Assembly: GCF_006345805.1 (NCBI RefSeq) | Contig: NC_042999.1 | Span: forward strand, 111,724,001 to 111,788,000 | Length of the DNA stretch: 64,000 bases | Reading direction: 5' to 3' | From: Octopus sinensis | Taxonomy: Eukaryota | Part shown: positions 14,141 to 26,050 of the stretch, piece after piece | How positions within the stretch are numbered: the stretch's first letter is position 1 | How the letters are laid out: every line of letters begins with the position of its first letter | Translations under genes and position numbers: made by a program | The notes under the pieces: model-generated | Told to the model about the DNA's origin: nothing | What the model saw: the letters and a program-made list of their open reading frames with translations, nothing else | Databases searched by the model: none

Positions 14141-15057
14141 TTCTCCAATAGTCTGTGGAATTCCAAAGGGTGGCCGTTATGGAAGTCGAGAAGGCAGCAG
14201 ACGGAAGGCGGAAGTGTTTGTTGTTGTAGAACTTAACTATTTCTGTCTCTTAAATAAAATGGTAACATATGGAGACATGATTTTGTAAAGCATCTTATCT
14301 GTGGGACTTTATTTCTTCTTCAGCAACCACCAGCCTTTTCCATTCTTCCTGTGTCTGCCGTCTTTATTTCTCAACTTTCTCCTTTTGTCTGCTGTCTCCT
14401 TTCTTCATTGTTCTGACTGATGTTCTGCTAATCATCTTGAAACAACCGAAATCCTTCTTATACTCCTCCTCTCTCCTCTTCCCCCCTCTCTCTCCCTCTC
14501 TCTCTCTCTCTCACTTCTAGTTTTCTCTGCCTCTTGTCTCTTACTTATGGCAGCAATAAGAAATTATTTATTGCTATCCATGTGTTTCTCTTTTTCTTCC
14601 ATTTCCTTTGTTTCAGATTCTCAAATTCTTTCATTATGGAACATACAGCCTTTTCGTCTGCAATACAAGTTTCAATTTTTGCTACACTGAAGAGAAAAGA
14701 TGTTTCTACTCAATGTTACATTCATGACATAATACTGAGTGGACCAACAAATACAAATATTTGCAATTGTGGACGAGAACTGTTGAAAGCAAGGAATATC
14801 TATCAACCCGACTACTATTGCATTAGTAGTTTACAGGAAACCTGTTCCGATTTAAAGAAAACATGCGGATATTCAGAAAACATATATATAAATAATTAGA
14901 AGATACATTGGTTTAGAAATTGTTCTGAAATATTAGACGAATATATAAATATTTTCAATATGAATAAGAAAACATAAATGTATAAATATAAGAATAATAA
15001 TGTGTAAATGCATAAATATAAGAATAATAATGTGGAGACTGTCAGGATGATGTCGAC

Positions 15058-15100
15058 GCCTCTGATGAGAACCCAATAATGTTCAAAAATTGATTAAGGT
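15058..15100 (+). ncRNA. Decayed type I hammerhead motif
   Basis: GCCT CTGATGA GAAC ccaataat GTTC AAAA ATTGAT TA AGGT; GAAA>AAAA and ATCGAT>ATTGAT fit CpG decay. Confidence 0.5.
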
Positions 15101-15115
15101 TGTTCATTATTTGTA

Positions 15116-15520
15116 GGTGTAGGAGTGGCTGTGGGATAAGTAGTTTGCTTACGAACCACATGGTTCCCGGTTCAGTCCCACTGTGTGGCACCTTGGGCAA
15201 GTGTCTTCTACTATAGCCTGGGGCCGACCAAAGCCTTGTGAGTGGATGTGGTAGACGGAAACTGAAAGAAGCCCGTCGTATATATGTATATTTATACATG
15301 TATGTGTGTGTATGTGTTTGTGTGTCTGTGTTTGTCCACCCAACATCGCTTGAAAACCGATGCTGGTGTGTTTACGTCCCTGTAACTTAGCGGTTCGGCA
15401 AAAGAGACCGGTATACTAGGCTTACAAAGTCCTGGGGTCGATTTGCTCGACTAAAGGCGGTGCTCCAGCATGGCCACAGTCAAATGACTGAAACAAGTAA
15501 AAGATTAAAGAGTAAAAGAA
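15116..15520 (+). mobile_element. SINE family A, full length
   Basis: Same head, domain and tail as 6175-6570. Confidence 0.9.
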
Positions 15521-16599
15521 TATTCCTTAAGTATTATAAATTATTATTCACACTGCTTATTTAATTATATTTATTTTAATATATATTTAATGTATATTTA
15601 ACTTTATGAACTTAACAGTGTCCTTTTATTTCTTGCTGTTGATTAATTTGTGTTTTGATATAAGATTCCGGTAAATTTCCTCGGCGCAAAATTCAGATCT
15701 TTTGTTCCCAATGTTATCAGATTTTCCTCGGCTAATTATTTCCCACATCGCCCAAATTAGTTTACATAGACTGGTGCTAGCCTCTTTTTTCCTATCCCTG
15801 AAGGTGTTTCCATTATTAATTCATCCTTTTTATGTAATTTTCCATAGAACCTATATAGTAGTAATCCTCAGATTTTACCTTACACCCAAATATTAAACCT
15901 TTTTCCCTACAATAAGAATTTAATGGACATCGTTTTCCTTTGGCACAAACACAAGTTTTGTTTTTAAGAGCGTTTTCTGTTTCCTCACTAATAATGCTGT
16001 GCTTGTATTGTCTTCAAAGTTATCTTCGTTATATTCATTTTCTATGTTAAGAGTCTTTACTATTAATCTATCCACTTTGTCATGGTTTACCTTACATACC
16101 TTAATACTTTTGTCGTTTTCTTTTTTATATTCGTTGCTGCTATTATAAATACTGGTATTTATATTTGTATTATTAATATTTGTATTTATATTATCGTTTC
16201 TGTTGTTAGTATTACGCTTATTGCTTCTTCCTTTTATAAATTGTATGTTTATATGTTTAGATTCTAGCAGCGAGTCCCTAAGAGTTACCTCCTTTACTTC
16301 TCATGTCGTGTACCTCATATTATCATTGAATTTCTCGCCATTTCGGTCATTAAATAATTCATTTTTATCTTCTTTACTCGAATTATTATAGAAATCATTT
16401 AATCTTTTAGTATTTTGTGCAGCAATAATTTGTGTTATGTATTTTGATATGCAAAAACCGGTCCTTAATTTGTGCGAGTTTATTATTTTATGGTATCTAT
16501 TTTTCTCTGAAAAATCCTTACAGGCCTCTTCGTAGAATAATTTTATTATATTGGTCTTAATTTGCTTTGCAAAGGGTATTATGAACTATATTATATTAT

Positions 16600-16745
16600 C
16601 TTTAGCATGTTTCCGCCGAGGTCAACTTTGCCTTTCATCCTTTCGGGATCGGCAAATTAAGTGCCAGTTGCGTACTGGGTCGATCTAATTGACTGGACCC
16701 CTCCCAAAAATTTCGGCCTTGTGCCTAGAGTAGAAAAGATTATTT
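16600..16745 (+). mobile_element. SINE family B fragment inserted in the AT-rich PLE
   Basis: ccgccgaggtcaactttgcctttcatcctttcggg...gtgcctagagtagaaaag. Confidence 0.8.
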
Positions 16746-16888
16746 TTAGCATGATTTTTATTGCGGTTAATTATATTTATGCATGGAGTGTAATCTTTTA
16801 CAGAATTGTTAAGAATATTACCGTTCAGCTTTCAATTTCTTCCTTTTAGTTGTTTACTGACCTATTCTGGTTTGTATTTATATAGTCA

Positions 16889-16977
16889 TAATAATAATAA
16901 TAATAATAATAATATAATAATATAATAATAATAATAATAATAATATATAATAATATAATAATAATAATAATAATAAT

Positions 16978-17027
<50 letters not shown>

Positions 17028-17095
17028 ATTATTATTATTATTATTATTATATTATTATTATTATTATTATTACTATTATCATTATCATCATCCTC
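16889..17095. repeat. Head-to-head (TAA)n/(TTA)n microsatellite
   Basis: Direct reading; polarity flips near 17010. Confidence 0.9.
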
Positions 17096-18066
17096 ATAGT
17101 CTTATCTTTGATTTTTAACAGTTCCTTACTTTTATACATCTTTGTAATATGTGTTTGATTTATTTCCGTTTTCTATCTGTTTCTTGATGTTCTTACTTTA
17201 TATTATTCTTACCTGATTTATATTCTATTCGACCTAAATATTTTTATCTTTATATCTATTTATTTCTATGTTAATATCACTATTCCGAATCTTGTTTGGT
17301 GTATTGTTCTTAAATCTTGAATTTACGCTTGGCCTATAGAATTTTAATTTTTGTTTGTATCTGTGATGTTATAATAATCTACATTCTATTTCAAAATTTC
17401 CTCATCCACCAAGAGATTTCAAATTCTTTTTGACATATTTTCAACTAGTTTATGTGTAATACTTCTTGGATGGTTACTATTTAAGTTTAAGTGCCTTAGA
17501 CTACTATGGTATGGTTTATATATACTTGTTTCTCGATCTAGGTTAATGTCCAAGAAGTTGACAGAGTTATGTTCCTTTTCGATAGTGATAGCCCTATATT
17601 CTTGAAATATGTATAAAATCTTTTTTATATATTTCTAGTATCCTATCAGAGGGGTTATCCAGGATGAAACGCGCGTCATCCCTGTATAGACCTCTGAGTT
17701 CCGGAAATTCCTTGCCTAAGTTAAATGACATATATTCTCACCAAATCTGTAACCTGTGCTGAGTCAGCAGATCCCAGTGTTGTGTCACAGCTATTATCAG
17801 TGTCTTTCCTTACCCAGTATTTGTTATCGAATTGTACGAAACATTTCCTAGCCTCTAATATTACATTGATTTCGCTCATATTAAGATTTGAATGCTTTTT
17901 AGGAAACAAGAGATTCTTCTTTAGCAATATAGGGTTAATAGATGAATAGTAGTTATCAATATCTATTTGCATATTTTTTTTACTTTCTTGTTGTTTAATT
18001 TATGAACCAATTTAATACTTCCTGTGAGGTAGACAATAGTTTTAATTTTAATAGGTTTCTAGGTGT

Positions 18067-18110
<44 letters not shown>

Positions 18111-18115
<5 letters not shown>

Positions 18116-18482
18116 CGGGAAGCTTTATGAAAATAAACAAAAGACGAAGGCAGGTGGAAAACAAACGAACAATTGTATTAGTATGGCGCTCAGGAATATA
18201 AATAAAACAAGTCTTTAACGTTTCGAGCCTACGCTCTCTCAACAGAAAGATACACAGAGAGAGAAAAACACAGAAAGAAGGAGAGAAAAAAAATGCGTGC
18301 AGTAGCTAACGAATCAACATGGCGATCTGATTTCGGCCAGAGGTCAAAGATCAAACATGAGACGCGAGAGCGAAATAAGGGGAGATAATAGGGTTGATAA
18401 AGGGTTGAGGGACCAGCTAAAAGTGCGTGGGAGGGGTCTGGATGTGTGTATGTATAGGGTTGGTGTATGTATTAGTATGTAT

Positions 18483-18517
<35 letters not shown>

Positions 18518-18783
18518 AGAGAGTATTAGTGCGTAGGATTGGTCTGGACGTGCGTATGTATGGGGTTGGTGTATGTATTAGTATGTATTAGTATGTATTA
18601 GTACGTATTGGTATGTATAGGTGTGTGTGTGTGTGTGAGAGAGTATAAGTGCGTATGCGGGGTCTGGATGTGTGTATGTATAGGGTTGGTGTAAGTATTA
18701 GTATGTACTAGTATGTATTAGTACGTATTAGTATGTATTAGTTGCTGTGTGTATTAGTATGGCACATCATATGTGATGTGATG
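18111..18783 (-). repeat. 3' pseudo-LTR of the Neptune PLE (internal subrepeat amplified)
   Basis: Matches 22594-23042, with extra copies of a ~115 bp ggtctggatgtg...gtattagt unit. Confidence 0.9.
18212..18250 (-). ncRNA. pLTR hammerhead-like motif (CUGUUGA core)
   Basis: TCTTT CTGTTGA GA GAG CGTAGG CTC GAAA CG TT AAAGA. Confidence 0.55.
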
Positions 18784-19089
18784 TGTAAAGTCATGTGGTG
18801 TAGTGAGGAGAAGAGGGGGAGAGAAGGGGAGGGGAAAAGAGGGGGAGGTGAGGAGGGGGGAGAGGAAGGGGAGGAGGGGGATGAAGGAGGAAAGAGGGAG
18901 AGGGGGAGAGAGGGGAGATAGAAGGGGAGAGAGGGAGTGAGGGAGCAGAGGGAGGGGAAGAGGGAGGGAGAAAGAGGGAAGAAGGGAAGGGGAGTAGGGG
19001 TGAAAGGATGAAGGACTGAAGAAATAGGGGTCGGGGGGAGAAAGGATAGGTGAGGAGGGGGGAGAGGGGGGGTTAGATGAGGAGGGGGT

Positions 19090-21976
19090 GGGGGGAGAGT
19101 TGAGACCAAATGGCGTATAAGAGCGAAGAGAGAAGATTAATTCCTGTTCACGGCGCAAACGGGAATCCGGATGGCCTCTGTGTAAGGACAAACCGAACAC
19201 AGATAGGTGTTGCAAGGAGTGACCGGTGGAGCGGAAATGGCGTGAGACCGGTGTGTCGTTCGCAAGGTGGATGTCACGAAGGTGTTCCGCGAACCGGTCA
19301 GCCAAGCGGCGTCCCGTTTGTCCGATGTACAAGGAATTGCAGAGAGAGCAAGAGATGCAATAGATAATATTGCTGGAGGTGCAAGTGAAGGAGTGGATGA
19401 TGGGATAGGGTCGATGGTGGGTGCTAGTGAGGCGGGTGGTGTTGGAGAGGTAAGGGCAAGTGCGGCAACGTGGGCGGGAGCAGGGGAACGAGCCGGGTTG
19501 GGAGGTAGGGTCGGGGAAGGAGCTATGGACCAAAAGGTCTCGAAGGTTGTGGGCTCGTTTGAAGAGGGGAGGGGTCGGTTAGGGAAGAGGTGTGAAGTGG
19601 ACGGGTCGGACTGGAGATGACGGAAAGCTCGAAGAATGGTGCGTTGGAGACGTAGGGTCGTGGGGGGTGGTAAGTGAGGGGAAAAGGGAGGCGGGAGACT
19701 ACAGGGCGGGTTCGGGGAGAGAGAGCAGATACACGGTCCACGGACCGTGCTCTGGCAAGGGCGGTGTGATAGTGGTGAGGGGGTATCCACGTAGGGTGAA
19801 GTGGTGAGCCATACGTTGAGACTGAGTCTCAAAGTCATGGTCGTCACTACAGAGCCTACGTAGACGGAGGAATTGGGATAGGGGATGGAAAGCTTGGTGT
19901 GTTCTGGGTGGGAGGAAGAGAAGTTGAGATATGAGTGTGAGTCTGTGTGTTTGTAGTGAATGGAGGTGGTAAGAGTGGAGTGAAGAATGCTAACCGAAAT
20001 GTCGAGGAAGGAGACAGAGGTGTTGGAGATAGTGGAAGTGAAGTGGAGGGCTGGATGGAAAGATTGGACGAAAGAGAGGAAGGAATCTAGATGTTCGCGG
20101 GAGAGTGAGGTGGCACCGATAATGTCGTCAATATAACGACCATATAGTTCAGGAGTGGGACCAGTGAAATTAGAGAATATTTGGGCCTCAACATAGCCAA
20201 CGAACAGGTTCGCATAGTTGGGGCCCATTCGCGTTCCCATGGCCACTCCCGAGACCTGATGGTAGAACTCGCCCGCGAACGAGAAGCAGTTCAGAGTAAG
20301 GACAAGTTCGGCCAGACGAATGAGTGTGGAGGTGTCAAGTACAGGTTAGAGCGGAGGTCAAGAAAGTGTCGAAGGGCCTGCAGTCCTTCGTGGTGAGGGA
20401 TAACAGTATAGAGGCTTTGGATGTCCATAGTAAAAAGGATTTTGGAGGAGCCGGGAGGAAAGGAGAAAGAGTTGAAAAGCCGGAGAGCATGGTTGGTATC
20501 GTGGATGTGGGAGGGAAGAGATGCCACTAGGGGGGCAAGGACACGGTCGAGGTATTTAGAGATGAGCTCCGTGGGGCAGTTACAGGCGGAGACGATGGGG
20601 CGGCCAGGGTTGTTGGGTTTGTGGATTTTGGGGAGGAAGTAAATGGGGGGGGGTACGTGGGGTTCGCACAATTAGGTTGGATGCGGTGCGGGGGAGACGG
20701 GAGGACGAGATGAGGTCTTGGACAGTAGAGGATACCGTCTGTTGGTAGCTACGTGTGGGGTTAGAGGGCAGAGGGGAATAGAAGGAGTGTCATTGAGTTG
20801 GCGGAAAGCCTCGGCCCTATAGAGGTCCGCGCGCCACACCACTACAGCTCCACCCTTGTCAGCCGGTTTGATGATAATGTCAGCGCGCCGTTGAGGGAAC
20901 GAATAGCCAAGAGCTCAGCCGGGGAGATGTTGAGGCGGCGTTGGCGCCTGGAGAAGTTGAACCGCTCCAATGCACGCTGACAAGCGCCCGCGAAAAGATC
21001 CACTGCTAGGATCTGGCCAGGGGCAGGCGTCCACGGGGATGGTCGGCGGCCCAGGCCAGTGAAGCAGTCGTCCTCTTCGTTGGGTGGGGGTGGCGAGTCG
21101 TGGTAATGCGCACCCAACCGACACGGCGCACAAAGCTGTGGACATCAACTCGCGTCTGGAATTCCTTGCAGGATGGAGTGAGGGGGATGAAACGCAGACC
21201 CCTACCAAGGACGGAGCGTTCAGCCGCAGAGAGGGGAAATCGGGGGGAATGGTAACAACAGACGGAAGTGGAGATGGGGTGGGTGGAATAGAAGTAGGAG
21301 GGGTGGTAGTCTCGTGGAGGTCTGAGGGGGAGGGATTGGGGAGTGTGTGGGGGTGGTTGGGCGGGGCAGTAGGTTAGGTGTAGGTGGATGGAGCCTAACG
21401 GGAGGGGAGAAGGGGTTGTAGGGAGGGGCAGTGGGGTTAGGTGTGGGTGGATGGAGCCTATCGGGAGGGGAGAAGGGTGGTGGAGGAGTTGGGGTAGTGG
21501 CGTCGGGTAGGGTGGAAGGAGGAGTGATTGGAGTTTACGAAGTTTGGTATCAGAAAGAAATTGATGGAAGAGTTGATTCAAATGGATAATGAAGCGTAGC
21601 GTGTTTGGAGCATAGAGAGGCGGCAGAGAGGAGAAGAAGGTGGAGAGCAGGAGGAAGAAGGCGGTTGATGGCATGTAGTTTGGAGAGATTGGAGCGAATG
21701 GTGGCCCGCATAAGGCGGTAAGATGTGTGTGCGGAGTATGGGTAAGATGGAAGAATCCGAGTGGAGAGCAGGGTGGAAGTGGAGGCGGAAACCTTTAGGG
21801 ATGAGTCGGTGATGTAGGCAGCGGCTTAGGAAAGAGACATGGCTAGAGAAGCGGGGTTTTTTAAAAAGAAGTAGAGAGAGATTAACGGACGGCTGAAGGC
21901 AATATACAGGAATGGAACGTAGATGATCCTTCAAACGGTGATGGAGGGTGAGGAGGTTGGACCTAGGATCCGGCAT
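19090..21976 (-). pseudogene. PLE polyprotein: N-terminal domain, reverse transcriptase, Cys linker, GIY-YIG endonuclease (frameshifted)
   Basis: HVSFLSRCLHHRLIPKGF; YFLPKIHK..GRPIVS; TMDIQSLYT; AMGTRMGPNYANL; RYIDD; FLD; CSRPRCRTC linker; NIIYCISC..LYIGQTGRRLADRFAEH..H; PFGLN. Confidence 0.92.
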
Positions 21977-22593
21977 GATGGGATAGCGGAAAAAAACGTT
22001 CGAAAAAATAAAAAAAAACAAAAAACAAAAATTATCGTATGAAAAAATAGAAAAAAAGGATAGCGAAAAAAGGGGAAAAACAAACGTTCAAAAAAACAAA
22101 AAAATAATAATCGTATGAAAAAACTAGATAAGTAAGCGATAAGGGCAGAAAAGACGGGGCAAACGGAAAAGGGAAAGAAAGAAGGGAAGCAGAGAGAGGG
22201 GGAGGCAAAAAAAGGGGGGTGCAGGCAGAGGAAACGGAGTATGGACATCCAGAGAGGGAAGAAAGACGGAAAGGAGAACAAAAATTCAGGAAAATGTGGA
22301 AAGCATGAAATGAATGTAAAAAAAGTGGTAATATAAGAGAAAATAAAAATACAACAAACGGGACAGTTTATGCGAACAAGTTCAAGGTTGAAAGTTCAAG
22401 GTGAGAAATGTGTAGACGTCGTGGTATATTTTTTAAGGATTTCACATCAATGCAAAGTCACTTTGATCCGCGAAAGAGAGGTGCAGCCAATGGTAAGTAT
22501 CCAAGAGGTAAAGAAAATCCAAGGTAGAGGTAAGTGTTGATAGTGGTATTGGTAGAATATAGGATGAAAGTGAGACCACGTGAGCGCATAATA

Positions 22594-23042
22594 TATAACG
22601 GGAAGCTTTATGAAAATAAACAAAAGACGAAGGCAGGTGGAAAACAAACGAACAATTGTATTAGTATGGCGCTCAGGAAATATAAATAAAACAAGTCTTT
22701 AACGTTTCGCGCCTACGCTCTTCAACAGAAAGATACACAGAGAGAGAAAAACACAGAAAGAAGGAGAGAAAAAAAATGCGTGCAGTAGCTAACGAATCAA
22801 CATGGCGATCTGATTTCGGCCAGAGGTCAAAGATCAAACATGAGACGCGAGAGCGAAATAAGGGGAGATAATAGGGTTGATAAATGGGTTGAGGGACCAG
22901 CTAAAAGTGTGTGGGAGGGGTCTGGATGTGTGTATGTATAGGGTTGGTGTAAGTATTAGTATGTACTAGTATGTATTAGTACGTATTAGTATGTATTAGT
23001 TGGTGTGTGTATAAGTATGGCACATCATATGTGATGTGATGT
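22594..23042 (-). repeat. 5' pseudo-LTR of the Neptune PLE
   Basis: Direct repeat of 18111-18783. Confidence 0.9.
22696..22733 (-). ncRNA. pLTR hammerhead-like motif (CUGUUGA core)
   Basis: TCTTT CTGTTGA A GAG CGTAGG CGC GAAA CG TT AAAGA. Confidence 0.55.
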
Positions 23043-23077
23043 ATGTGTGTGTGTGTGTGTATATATATATATGTATG

Positions 23078-23110
<33 letters not shown>

Positions 23111-23152
23111 ATATATATATGTGTGTGTGTATGTGTGTGCGTGCGTGCGTGC

Positions 23153-23194
<42 letters not shown>

Positions 23195-23620
23195 TCGGCA
23201 CTAGAAGAAAAATGACTATTTTTGATTTCAAGACGAAAGGTGTTCATCTATCAGGATAATGCTCGGCCACATACAGCGCGAGTGAGACGCCAAAGGGTGG
23301 TGCAGTTTGAATGGAAAATGATGCCCCAGCTACCATATTTGCCGGACATTGCTCCATCTGAGTATTATTTATTCCGCTGTCTTTAAAATCAATTAGACAG
23401 AAAAACTATGAAATCTGTAGACGAGGTCACAACAGTACTGGAGAAGTATTTTTCGTCAAGGACAAGTAAATTTTAGAAGAGAGGCCTTGCATGTCTACCA
23501 GATAGATGGAAGACCATTGCAGAAAATAAAGGAGAGTATATTTTAGATTAAAAAAAGAAATTTATTTATCTTAATACATAAAAGATTAAAAAACCGCATT
23601 ATTTATGGGATGACCCAATA
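23195..23620 (+). mobile_element. Mariner 3' fragment with right TIR
   Basis: caggataatgctcggccacat (QDNARPH), PDIAPSEYYLF motif; TIR ends atttatgggatgacccaata; same family as 29968-31264. Confidence 0.85.
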
Positions 23621-25437
23621 TATATATATATATGTATATTTCTATCGATATTTAACCGGCACTGGTATTCAGGCCCTAACGAAACAGTCAATGAGTGGAG
23701 AAAGAAAAAGTATGTTCTCCGATAGTTAACAATTTTGGTAAGATAGGTTAGCTCTATAGGTAGCCATTTGAATGTATAGTCGGCGAAAGCCACCGATCTA
23801 CATCGACATGATGATAATTGTCCGTATAGCCTTCTTCCTTCTTAGTGAAATTTCCCTTTCAAATGCTGTTGGAACATTTTTCATCAACAGATCTTAATAT
23901 TATTATGTATTGGTTTTAGAAATTGTTACCGCAAGATCTATCCTTGGAAATATAGTGGTCTGGTCTGATATTATATTAAAAGACTCCCGGATATAACTAT
24001 AAAAAGCGTTATTGCTAATTTTAATGGTTTGATTTCTATGTCATTAGTATCTGTCTCTAGCGCTCCTGCGAAACAACACGCTAACAAAGGAGGCATTTTG
24101 TGTCTATTTCAGAGAAAACCCTCTCTGTTGTTTGGCATTACTGACAAGAATAACAACAGTAAAGTAGGTAATTAATTAGAGTGACCAGTTTCAATCTCAG
24201 TTGATGTCATGTCATGTTCGCTTCATTTGCCCTACCAATGCAATCTTTAAAAACTTAATCTTGGGGTTACGCACTGCACGAAGAAAAGAAAAAAAGAGAA
24301 AGAAGCTTGAAAAGCTTTTGCCGCTAAGTCTATCTGATTAGAATTTGGCTGGAGGCCAAGTAACGGAACTATCAATAAAACAGCCTGCAAAGATATGATT
24401 GCTACACAACATTACCTCCAGTTTAAAATGTTAATTTGTGCAGTGTGATGTATTGTGACGTTGCTGTATGGTTTAGCATGGTCTGTGGTATGGTGCAGTG
24501 TGATGCTTTGTAATGCAATATGATACAATGAGGAATACTATTTGTTATGCAGTATGGTGTAGTTTAGTACATTGCACCGTTGTATACGAAGTGATACCAA
24601 TATTTTCATGTTTACAGTTAAAAGTACTTTCTGCCTCAGAAGCACATCGTTCTGCGAATAAAATGCTGCCCAGAAATCACTGGTAATATTTCTACATACG
24701 CCACTGCTAAAATTGGAAAAAAACTCATGAAGATCGTCCTCCCCATATTCTATAGGATATCTTTAGGACTCTTAAGCGTCGTTCGACTTGCGAGAAGTAG
24801 CAGCCAAATACCTAAAACCATACCTTAACGTTTTTAAGAGAAAAATGTACTTATTGAACAACGTTGTTCTTGATACTCATAAAAACTAGACGAAATAGTC
24901 ACGGCTGGAGAGCATTTGCTCGTAGGTCTGATCAATCTGAGGTAACCTGAAGCTAAACAGCAATAACAAAAATATTCAACAGTTAGATACTTTTTCATTC
25001 AGGGAGGCAATAACATACGCAGACTATTCGATCTGCGAGATATAGCAGCAAATATCCCTCAAATTATACCCTACATGTAAAGTATAAAGGCTCATAAAAC
25101 AGTTTAATCCAAGATAAACGAAAAGAGGGATGCTCGAAGCCATAAGACGAAACAGCTTAGGTCTGTTCCATCAAGACTAACTATGGACTAAACTAACGAG
25201 TACTATTCCTACTGCTGCTGTTCAAGGTATAATAAGATAATTAACTAGTAAGCTAGGAAGACCAAGTATAAACATCGTAGATACAATTTGATGACTTAAT
25301 TTTCTATTCAATAGTTTTTAAAGTGTTTGATTATCAATCAGTGTCAATTAATTATACCAATACTTGGTGGTATATGTAATAAATAAGTATATCTCCAGCT
25401 TATCCACATTGTATTTTTTATTATGCACGTATATTTC

Positions 25438-25491
<54 letters not shown>

Positions 25492-25497
25492 TATATA

Positions 25498-25658
25498 CTT
25501 TATTTAAAGCAGCAGAAACTGTCCGATGAACGGCAACGGGAAACTCAGAGTAACAGGTTTTGTTAAATTTTCTGCTGCTTTAAATAAAGCATATTACTCT
25601 ACCACTGGTATTTGAGTACTCTTTTTTCCACCTTGTTTCACATTTATGTGTTTACTCC

Positions 25659-25660
<2 letters not shown>
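25498..25660 (+). mobile_element. ~165 bp hammerhead-bearing element in (TA)n with 21 bp inverted repeat
   Basis: 25498-25518 is the reverse complement of 25569-25589; TA runs on both sides. Confidence 0.65.
25516..25560 (+). ncRNA. Type I hammerhead variant (CCGAUGA core)
   Basis: CTGT CCGATGA A CG GCAA CG G GAAA CTC A GAG TA ACAG; GNRA loop II; GUA site. Confidence 0.6.
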
Positions 25661-25710
<50 letters not shown>

Positions 25711-25948
25711 AACCAGAAAGAGATAGTAGAGGCTACTGAAAAACATAGAGTGGGTGAGCGAAATGACTAACAAATGGGTAGAAGTACAAACGTCTGTAAT
25801 AAGTACTTGCGAATGGTTTCTCCATAAACACGCATACACATACACACACATGCACACACATATTTAGTTTCATTCGCGTATTTGCTTACGCGTATACAAC
25901 TGCATACATCCATACACAGACACAAATATATGTCAGTATATATACATA

Positions 25949-25999
<51 letters not shown>

Positions 26000-26010
26000 G
26001 TATATATACT

Positions 26011-26050
<40 letters not shown>

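Larger units (their letters stand above)
15560..18050 (-). pseudogene. Degenerate AT-rich Penelope-like element (RT YRDD, thumb, CxC + GIY-YIG)
   Basis: Manual minus-strand translation: TLGSADSAQVTDLV, GLYRDDA, VNFLDINLD..YKPY..SNHPRSI, IIPFAKQIKTNI..YHKIIN, CVCAKGKRCPLNSYC..DYYYIGS; stops and frameshifts; interrupted by a SINE and a (TAA)n/(TTA)n tract. Confidence 0.8.
18111..23042 (-). mobile_element. Near full-length Penelope-like retroelement (Neptune-type) with direct pseudo-LTRs
   Basis: Direct repeats 18111-18783 and 22594-23042 enclose RT and GIY-YIG coding sequence; TA-rich microsatellite on both flanks. Confidence 0.92.

Noticed and set aside
17645-17695. gaaacgcgcgtc, resembling an HHR stem III
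   Set aside because: It is the antisense of the RT YRDDA codons and has no CUGANGA core
19110-21377. Plus-strand ORFs and proline-rich alternative-frame ORFs over the PLE
   Set aside because: Antisense or off-frame products of the GC-rich PLE coding strand
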